Part shown: positions 57,602-64,000 of the stretch, piece by piece
Numbering within the stretch: position 1 is the first letter of the stretch
Layout of the letters: each line of letters opens with the position of its first letter
NCBI GenBank assembly: GCA_018675685.1
Contig: JABGXP010000012.1
Location: 11,596 to 75,595 of the forward strand
Direction of reading: 5' to 3'
Length of the DNA stretch: 64,000 nt
Source: a bacterium
GTDB lineage: Bacteria > Patescibacteriota > Minisyncoccia > Moranbacterales > DUUL01
Position numbers and translations under genes: made by a program
The notes under the pieces: generated by a model
Databases searched by the model: none
Told to the model about the DNA's origin: nothing
What the model saw: only the letters and a program-made list of their open reading frames with translations

Positions 57602-58171
57602 ATGGTCATTAAGAATGAGGATTCAAAAACTGTTATTTACATTGCGCTTGGAGTTGGAGCAGCTATTGCTCTTTGCATTTTCTCCTTTGGGATTAAAATG
57701 TTGCTTGGGGTTAGCTCGAATCCTATCCAAAGTCCACCAATAGAAATTGTTCAACCAAAGCCGCTTGAGCAAACAAAGCAAACTCCCGTTGAAATTCCTG
57801 AAGCTATTGAAATAGTCCCCGCTTCCAAAATTAAGAGCGAGGCACTTTTTCAGATGAGCAAAAAGGAAGCCGCTGGAGAGAAATTGAGCGTTGAAAGCAC
57901 TTTTTCAACCATGGAAGCTTACTCTTTCAAAATAAAAGAAGTGACAGACGCTGGACTTTTAAAACTTGAGTATGATAAAGCACTTCTTGGAAGCCCTTGC
58001 TCTGCAGGCTCTGGCAAAGGGATCCTCGAAATTCCTCTTGCGGATATTCCAGTATGCCTAAAATCAACAACTTGTGATGCTGGAGAAACGGTTTGTTTCA
58101 AAGCCACAGAAGTAAGTGGTGGGATTAAAATTCAGCACACAATCACTAAATATGACGGTGAGGCGATCTAA
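57602..58171 (+). CDS. membrane-anchored hypothetical protein with a Cys-containing ectodomain
   Basis: One TM segment; four Cys in the C-terminal 70 aa. Confidence 0.4.
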   Translation: MVIKNEDSKTVIYIALGVGAAIALCIFSFGIKMLLGVSSNPIQSPPIEIVQPKPLEQTKQTPVEIPEAIEIVPASKIKSEALFQMSKKEAAGEKLSVESTFSTMEAYSFKIKEVTDAGLLKLEYDKALLGSPCSAGSGKGILEIPLADIPVCLKSTTCDAGETVCFKATEVSGGIKIQHTITKYDGEAI

Positions 58172-58188
58172 TTAACGCCCTCTTTTTT

Positions 58189-58222
58189 AAAAACCCTTCG
58201 GGACTATCCGGAAGGGTTTTTA
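58189..58222 (+). terminator. intrinsic terminator
   Basis: AACCCTTC gggactatccg GAAGGGTT followed by TTTT. Confidence 0.65.
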
Positions 58223-58224
58223 TA

Positions 58225-58253
58225 TTGACAAAATAACATATTCGTGATATATT
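58225..58253 (+). promoter_or_regulatory. sigma70-type promoter TTGACA-N17-TATATT
   Basis: Consensus -35 and a near-consensus -10 with a 17-nt spacer, about 80 nt upstream of the start at 58335. Confidence 0.5.
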
Positions 58254-58334
58254 TCTCCTAAGTACATTAATATCTGCAGATACTTTTAAAGCTACGATAT
58301 ATAAACCAGAAACATTTTATTTTTGGAGGTAACA

Positions 58335-58970
58335 ATGGAAAAAAGAATTGTAAAAGATGTCTATTTGAATAAGAACATCTTTGAAACCGCGAGGATTTTA
58401 CCTGTGAGTTTGCTCATCATTGCGATAAGCTATTTGTTTACAGGTGTTACTCGGTTACTACTTTACAAAGAATATCTATTCTTTGTAAAAATGGCCCTAG
58501 TGATTGAATTTGCTGTGCTCTTTCGCTTGAGATTTCTTGTTTGGAACATCTCTTCGTTAAGAAAAAAGACAGTTGTAAAATTAGGCTTACTTACAGTGGT
58601 GATGAAAATAGCTATCTTGTTAGCGATTCCTTTGTTGGAGGTTCCTGCGGTTTGTGTGATTTTACTCTCCCTGGGCGTTATTTTTTTCATTTGGTCCATC
58701 GCCCTTCTTTTATCAAAAGTAAACTTCCTATCAATAAATGGCATAACTGGGATCACGGCTCTACTTTTCTTCAGTCTCTTGATGATCTATGATGCCAGTG
58801 CTCCATTTATCGTGATGGCGGTATTCATACTGCCTGTTCTCCTCACATATACATGGATTGTTTTGATACGAAGAGATATTTTTTCTAAAACCAATTTAGT
58901 GCCTGAAGATTTCAGATTCTCTTTTGGATTTTTTCAAACAGATAACACTGGGCTTAAGACCAAGCGTTAA
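58335..58970 (+). CDS. hypothetical polytopic membrane protein
   Basis: Start at ATG 58335, 6 nt after GGAGGT; six TM helices. Confidence 0.45.
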   Translation: MEKRIVKDVYLNKNIFETARILPVSLLIIAISYLFTGVTRLLLYKEYLFFVKMALVIEFAVLFRLRFLVWNISSLRKKTVVKLGLLTVVMKIAILLAIPLLEVPAVCVILLSLGVIFFIWSIALLLSKVNFLSINGITGITALLFFSLLMIYDASAPFIVMAVFILPVLLTYTWIVLIRRDIFSKTNLVPEDFRFSFGFFQTDNTGLKTKR

Positions 58971-59046
58971 AAAACTGCTAAAACTAATAAAATCCCTCCA
59001 GAGACATTGTCTTTAGGGGGGATTTTAAACTGAAAAATGCAAATTT

Positions 59047-59346
59047 TTATTTATTTACCTTTACTTTCCTTCGAGTTAATTTAAACCAAAAATGTTTCTT
59101 CTCAACATACACGACATACCACCATCTTTGACCAAGCGGAAAACCAAGAATCACACCAAGGAAAATAAAAAATACTTGAAACCAGAAAGGAAATGAAATT
59201 TTTGCTCCCTGCAAGAACCACAGATCATTAACGGTCAGACGCCCAATAGAAATTTGTGTAACCAGATACAATTCCATCGCCTTTAAAGATGCGAAATTCG
59301 TTAAACCCACCGCTACCATTGTTGTCAAAAGATAAAATCTTTTCAT
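59047..59346 (-). CDS. small membrane protein (99 aa), last gene of the minus-strand operon
   Basis: Two or three TM helices. Confidence 0.4.
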   Translation of the reverse strand: MKRFYLLTTMVAVGLTNFASLKAMELYLVTQISIGRLTVNDLWFLQGAKISFPFWFQVFFIFLGVILGFPLGQRWWYVVYVEKKHFWFKLTRRKVKVNK

Positions 59347-59372
59347 AATTTTGTTTTTGTTTGAATGCTGAT

Positions 59373-60023
59373 TTAGGCGAACATTTTCATCTGGTATAGG
59401 ACGAAAATTAGTGTTACTAACATAAAATATATCAAAAAAGTAGCTATTTGTGAAGAGGAATATAACTTCATTGCACTACCAAGCGATTTCTTGGAGCGAA
59501 AACGAAGATTGTCGAATGAAATTGAAGAATATATTTCATCTAGAGTTAGATGACCGATATATCCAACGAAAATAGCGCTTGAAATTAAAAAATTACTTTG
59601 ATTGTCAACCTTTAATACCTTTAAAACCCACATTGCTAAGAGACCAAAAACAAGAGCTGCTGGCAGTGAATGAAAAATTCCTCGGTGATGTGTCAGCTGC
59701 ATGAAGATATACCCAGCAACAAAGCGGATTGCTACAAAAATTGCTATTGGAAAACCAATCAGAAATTTCATTTCGGGGTCTTCTTGTTGGAACAAGTAAA
59801 AAAATCCATAACCAGAGAGAGACATTGCTAGGAGACCGAAAACAATTTTAAAAGGAATTCCTTCATCGACATCCAAATCGGGCGAAAATGATCCCAACAA
59901 GGTAGCGAGGAATATCCAAGCGATCATTTCAAAACCAAGCGAAACTGAATAAATCATACAAGCCACTATAAAAGAAATTCCAAGAATGACACCCCAGGAA
60001 ATATGAGTTTTAAAATTGGCCAT
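59373..60023 (-). CDS. membrane-bound metal-dependent hydrolase (YdjM/DUF457 family)
   Basis: Multi-TM protein with SPDLD and HHRGIFHS motifs characteristic of DUF457. Confidence 0.5.
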   Translation of the reverse strand: MANFKTHISWGVILGISFIVACMIYSVSLGFEMIAWIFLATLLGSFSPDLDVDEGIPFKIVFGLLAMSLSGYGFFYLFQQEDPEMKFLIGFPIAIFVAIRFVAGYIFMQLTHHRGIFHSLPAALVFGLLAMWVLKVLKVDNQSNFLISSAIFVGYIGHLTLDEIYSSISFDNLRFRSKKSLGSAMKLYSSSQIATFLIYFMLVTLIFVLYQMKMFA

Positions 60024-60030
60024 AACTTTT

Positions 60031-61419
60031 CTAGTTATCCTTCTTATGAAAATCGAGAACTTTTTGATCGATAATAATATCTCTTTGTCGCAAAGGGTTT
60101 CTCAAATATATCCCTTCTAGCTTCGTGCAACGACTGAGAGCTACGTAAGTCTGACCATGTGTGAAGGCTCCATTGCCAAGATCAATGATTGCTTTTTCAA
60201 AAGTTTTCCCTTGGCTCTTATGAATGGTCACTGCCCAAGCTAGTTTGAGTGGAAGTTGAGCAAAAGAACCTTTTTCGAACTTCTCAACTTCTTTTATTTG
60301 TGAATTATATTGATAATCATAAATTTCCCAAACTGCTTTTTGAACATGGTGACTTTTTTTGCCAATTTTCACTAAAGCATAGTGCTCCCCTAGTTTTTTG
60401 ACTACTCCGATGGTGCCATTTACCCAGCGCTTTGGAGTCTCTGAATCATTTTTAACAAACATCACCTGCGCTCCAACCTTAAGTTTCAAGTTTGAATCAA
60501 TTGGGCAATCTTTTTCCCTAAAATCTCCTTTTAGTGTCGCCTTAAATGCTTGCTCTACCCCACTGACAGCCCGTAATTTAGTAGAGTTTATTTGATCCGC
60601 AATAGCATTTGTGCTAGCTAGCGTGATTGCAGGAACGCCATCATTTTCGTAAGCGCGATGTCGAGTGTTGAAAAGTTCGAAATCCTCATAGGTCAAGAGA
60701 CTCTCCCTTGTCCTGTTAAGCAATCTTTGAAAAGAGGTGTCTTTTTGACGAAAAATCTTAGTTAACTGAACTGTTTCAAAATCTGCTTCCTCGAAACAAT
60801 TGGCATTAAAAAAATAAACACCATCATATTGATCGGAAAAATATTGACGTTCTTGCCCAATCACAACCGGTGGCAATTGGAAAAGATCACCAAATGCGAT
60901 TATTTGAATTCCTCCAAAGGGTAGATTTTTTCCAGTATTCATTCTCAGTGAATGATCAATCGCATCCATAATATCAGCTCTGACCATCGAAATTTCATCG
61001 ATCACAATCGCGTCTAAATTATTGAAAATCTCTGCCTTGTGATGCAAATGTTCAACGTCATCGCGCCTAACAACCCCAAAAGGAAAAAGAAAAAATGAAT
61101 GAATCGTGCTTCCTTGAATATTAACAGCAGCAATCCCAGTCGGAGCCAGCATGACAATTTTCTTGGAAGTTGTTGCGCAAAAATGTTTGAGCAAAGTTGA
61201 TTTTCCAGTTCCAGCTTTTCCAGTGATGAAGATATTACGAGTGGTTTCCTCCATAAGACATAGAGTATCTTCGAATTCTTCTGTCATCTCAATCTTCCCT
61301 TTGCGGAATAATTTTGTCACTTTCTCTACTATTGTTTCGTCCTTCCTTTCCATTATTTTTGAGTATTTAGAAAAACAGTTTTGTTTGTTGACCCGTGTCG
61401 ATTTTCTGAATCGAAACAA
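60031..61419 (-). CDS. PIF1/RecD-like SF1B DNA helicase
   Basis: Walker A GKAGTGKST; DEISMV (motif II); C-terminal HKSQGKTF...ALSRCT signature. The start may be the ATG at 61353, which removes the overlap with the upstream gene. Confidence 0.7.
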   Translation of the reverse strand: MFRFRKSTRVNKQNCFSKYSKIMERKDETIVEKVTKLFRKGKIEMTEEFEDTLCLMEETTRNIFITGKAGTGKSTLLKHFCATTSKKIVMLAPTGIAAVNIQGSTIHSFFLFPFGVVRRDDVEHLHHKAEIFNNLDAIVIDEISMVRADIMDAIDHSLRMNTGKNLPFGGIQIIAFGDLFQLPPVVIGQERQYFSDQYDGVYFFNANCFEEADFETVQLTKIFRQKDTSFQRLLNRTRESLLTYEDFELFNTRHRAYENDGVPAITLASTNAIADQINSTKLRAVSGVEQAFKATLKGDFREKDCPIDSNLKLKVGAQVMFVKNDSETPKRWVNGTIGVVKKLGEHYALVKIGKKSHHVQKAVWEIYDYQYNSQIKEVEKFEKGSFAQLPLKLAWAVTIHKSQGKTFEKAIIDLGNGAFTHGQTYVALSRCTKLEGIYLRNPLRQRDIIIDQKVLDFHKKDN

Positions 61420-62173
61420 TTTTCACTTTTGGTGTCTCGATAAGATCTTTTCTTTCAACAATTCCTTCCAATAGCACTGAACTTTCTTGGATAAAATCAT
61501 GAAATTGGGAAATTTCTCTGTTTTTGTCTGGTAATAAGCATCTTAAAATTCGATCTTGAGTTCGAAGCCCAATATCATTATATTCTTTATTGATTCTAGT
61601 AATCTCTCCTGTCAATTCAATCACTTCTCCATTCTTCATCTCGGGAAAGACCTCCTTCTTTTGAATTGTTTCAAAAAATTTAGCCCTCTTACTTCTTTGT
61701 ATCCGTAGCTTCTTGTTTCCGTATGCAAGGAGAAATTTTGACTCAGCCCTCTCAAGTGGAGTAAGGATTTTTTGAATTCCATCTAAGAATTTTGGATTGT
61801 TACAGGCTGCTAAAACTCTTGGATTCGCTACCTTTGAGATAACTTCCTTTCTTAGATTGAAAACTTTATCAATCCCAAATTCGCCAATTGTTTCAAGCGA
61901 GTCAGTGATAATTTTTACAATAAGCGAAGTTTTGTTTCGTGTTATTCCCTTGAACTTGAATTTCAAAAACAAGCCCTTGTCATAACCAGGAAAAACCAAA
62001 ATTTGAAAATTCTTAGCTTTCGCAATTTTCGCACATTCCTTCAGACAAATTCTCATTCCCAAAATTACCTCGGCCAACTCTTTTGCATCCACACCTTCGC
62101 TGGTTGAGTATACTAATTCTATAAACTCGTTGTCTTCGGCCTTAAAAAGCTGTTTTTTGTTTGTCCTGTGCAT
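61367..62173 (-). CDS. hypothetical protein (268 aa), first gene of the operon with the helicase
   Basis: No recognisable motif; a possible OB-like C-terminal half; tightly linked upstream of the helicase. Confidence 0.45.
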   Translation of the reverse strand: MHRTNKKQLFKAEDNEFIELVYSTSEGVDAKELAEVILGMRICLKECAKIAKAKNFQILVFPGYDKGLFLKFKFKGITRNKTSLIVKIITDSLETIGEFGIDKVFNLRKEVISKVANPRVLAACNNPKFLDGIQKILTPLERAESKFLLAYGNKKLRIQRSKRAKFFETIQKKEVFPEMKNGEVIELTGEITRINKEYNDIGLRTQDRILRCLLPDKNREISQFHDFIQESSVLLEGIVERKDLIETPKVKIVSIQKIDTGQQTKLFF

Positions 62174-62391
62174 ATCTTTTCTTTTTCTTTTATTATCTTT
62201 TTGCTCCTTTTTTCATTGTTACGCAAAAACAAAAACGATTAAAACCCCCTTTTTAAATCTCCTTAACTAGTTCATTATAGCACACAAAACTTGCTTGGTC
62301 GCACCATCCGATTGATTGACATAGCTTTATATTCGTGTTATTTTTAAAAGAGTTCCTAAGATAAACTTTTTTGATATAAGGAGAATTTCCC

Positions 62392-62694
62392 ATGGAAAAT
62401 AAAACTTATAACATCGCTGATTTTTTGCGATTCGAAGAAATTATTGTGAAACATCTTGATAATGGTGGCAAGATCGGAAATACTGCTCTTTCTGAAACCG
62501 AAACACTGCTGCACAAAACGCTCGGAACTGTTGGATATAGAAAGATTACTAAGTCAGCAAATAAAGTGCTGCCTACTACATTATTTCCTTCAATGAATTA
62601 TCTAAAGAGTATTTGCATCTTCATAAAAGAATGGACCGAGCTTATGATCGAAGAAGGGATCATTGAGGGTCAAGCGGATCTCAAAGCTACATAG
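62392..62694 (+). CDS. hypothetical small protein (100 aa)
   Basis: ATG preceded by AAGGAG; no motifs. Confidence 0.4.
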   Translation: MENKTYNIADFLRFEEIIVKHLDNGGKIGNTALSETETLLHKTLGTVGYRKITKSANKVLPTTLFPSMNYLKSICIFIKEWTELMIEEGIIEGQADLKAT

Positions 62695-62754
62695 ATGCCA
62701 ATCAAAAAAGGTTGTAAATGAAAACTGATATTAAAAAACTATTGTTTAAAAATA

Positions 62755-62796
62755 AGTCTGCGTGATATTAATACATATTGCGCAGACTTTTTTTTA
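62755..62796. terminator. bidirectional intrinsic terminator overlapping the rlmN 3' end
   Basis: AGTCTGCG tgatattaatacatatt CGCAGACT flanked by an A-run and a T9 run. Confidence 0.6.
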
Positions 62797-63834
62797 TTTA
62801 TCTTCTCTTGCTTTTCCAGCCAATTGTCCGCAAGCTCCCTGGATGTCTTCACCCATGCTTTTTCTGATTGTGCAGTGCACTCTCTCTCTTTCTAAATCGT
62901 CCTTAAATCTCTTTACAACTTCTTTTGATGAAGAGTGCAGATTTTCTCCGATTGAGTTATAGCGAATCAAGTTTACATGAATCAACTGCATTTTGCCTAT
63001 TGATTTTAGGAATTTTGCTAATTGCAAAGCATCTTCTTTTGTGTCATTAACCCCTCCCAACAAAAGATATTCGATGAAAACTTTGCGAGTGTTGGTCTGG
63101 AAATAGCTTTGCAAAAAGTTTCGCAAATCGCTAAGACCATGCTTCTTGTTGATTGGCATGAACTCATCTCTTTTGCGATCATCTGCAAAATGCAACGAGA
63201 TTGCCAAGTTCACTTGTGGAAAATCTTTTGCAAACTCCTCCATTCCTTCGATGATGCCAGCTGTTGAAACTGCAATATTTCGACTTCCAAAGTTGAAAAA
63301 TTGCTCATCAATTAAGACTTTCAAACTTTCTTTGACGTTTTTCCAGTTTAAAAATGGCTCCCCCATCCCCATATAGACAATATTTGAAAATTGTCCAGGT
63401 AATTTGTTTTTTGCAAGATATTGTTTCCAAAATAATACTTGGCTAGTAATTTCATCGCCAGAGAGATCTCGCACCAAGCCATTTTTTCCGGTGGCACAAA
63501 AAGCACACCCTAGAGCGCACCCAACTTGTGATGAGATACAAGCTGACCAAGTCCCTTCTTTTGGTGAAAGTAATACTGTTTCAATGATATTTCCATCTTC
63601 AAGTTCCAAAAGAGCTTTGATCGCTTTTTTGTTCCTTGAAATCAAAACTTCTTTTTCCTTAAAAGGAAGAATATTCACTTCGTTTTCAAGTTCAATTCGC
63701 AATTTTTTTGAGATTGTTGAGATATCCAAAAATGAAGGAATTGCATCTTCAAAAACTGCTTTGCAAATTTGTTTAAAGCGAAATGCTGGTTCTTTCTTTT
63801 CTTTTAAAACTTCTGCTAATTTATTAGTATCCAC
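62794..63834 (-). CDS. rlmN: 23S rRNA/tRNA adenine-C2 methyltransferase RlmN (radical SAM)
   Basis: CxxxCxxC cluster CALGCAFCATG; MGMGEP; C-terminal Cys; 346 aa. Confidence 0.9.
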   Translation of the reverse strand: MDTNKLAEVLKEKKEPAFRFKQICKAVFEDAIPSFLDISTISKKLRIELENEVNILPFKEKEVLISRNKKAIKALLELEDGNIIETVLLSPKEGTWSACISSQVGCALGCAFCATGKNGLVRDLSGDEITSQVLFWKQYLAKNKLPGQFSNIVYMGMGEPFLNWKNVKESLKVLIDEQFFNFGSRNIAVSTAGIIEGMEEFAKDFPQVNLAISLHFADDRKRDEFMPINKKHGLSDLRNFLQSYFQTNTRKVFIEYLLLGGVNDTKEDALQLAKFLKSIGKMQLIHVNLIRYNSIGENLHSSSKEVVKRFKDDLERERVHCTIRKSMGEDIQGACGQLAGKAREDK

Positions 63835-64000
63835 GTTCTTTAGTTATTTTTGATTAAAGCATCTAAATTAAACCATGAATCGCTTAAACAATAAAGCCCC
63901 TTAGCTTTTTAACCTTGACAAAATGTGTATTATATGCTTTACTAAAGGTGAGATGTCGAGGCAATTTATAGCTTTTATAATAGTTATTTGCAAAACCAAC

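Noticed and set aside
59373-62173. Hachiman-like (HamA plus HamB helicase) defence system
   Set aside because: The helicase is an SF1B PIF1/RecD-like enzyme of about 460 aa, not the SF2 DExH HamB. The upstream protein shows no DUF1837 hallmarks. Left as an unclassified operon.

Overview
The window is a low-GC (about 35% by eye), gene-dense bacterial chromosome segment. The gene content and the frequent absence of Shine-Dalgarno sequences fit a small-genome lineage, possibly Patescibacteria/CPR-like or a reduced Gram-positive-like organism, but phylum cannot be assigned from sequence alone. Most genes are housekeeping: a partial RseP-like site-2 protease, proS, a rhodanese, mreBCD with PBP2, yebC, ruvC, dnaB and recR; then a dus tRNA-dihydrouridine synthase, cysK and cysS behind a T-box leader, corA, yidD, a short rel, and envelope genes (GT1, LCP, GT2, S41 protease, yvcK); further along valS, two Wzy/WaaL-like membrane proteins with a DUF4012-like protein, a dTDP-rhamnose cluster (rfbC, rfbB, rfbD, no rfbA), an M16 peptidase, an AI-2E transporter, a TagA/WecG transferase, a NUDIX hydrolase, gltX, a signal peptidase, a PD-(D/E)XK nuclease, a PIF1/RecD-like helicase operon and rlmN. 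There are five tRNA genes: initiator fMet, elongator-type Met (CAU), Lys (CUU), Arg (UCG) and His (GUG). The main candidates for something new or unusual are: (1) a T-box riboswitch with terminator upstream of cysK-cysS; (2) a tetraheme cytochrome c3 gene with a strong Shine-Dalgarno in a tRNA-flanked islet, a probable horizontal acquisition; (3) an accessory islet at 11.9-13.9 kb holding an ISXO2/IS1595-like transposase C-terminal remnant, orphan small membrane ORFs, a palindromic CTATAG site array and att-like GC-rich repeats; (4) a roughly 900 bp ORF-free region at 55.1-56.0 kb with two ~95-nt direct repeats bracketing a perfect 13-bp palindrome; (5) a four-gene minus-strand operon (unknown 268-aa protein, PIF1/RecD-like helicase, YdjM-like membrane hydrolase, small membrane protein); (6) an rfb cluster without rfbA that instead carries an unknown ORF and a membrane-anchored HDAC-like enzyme.
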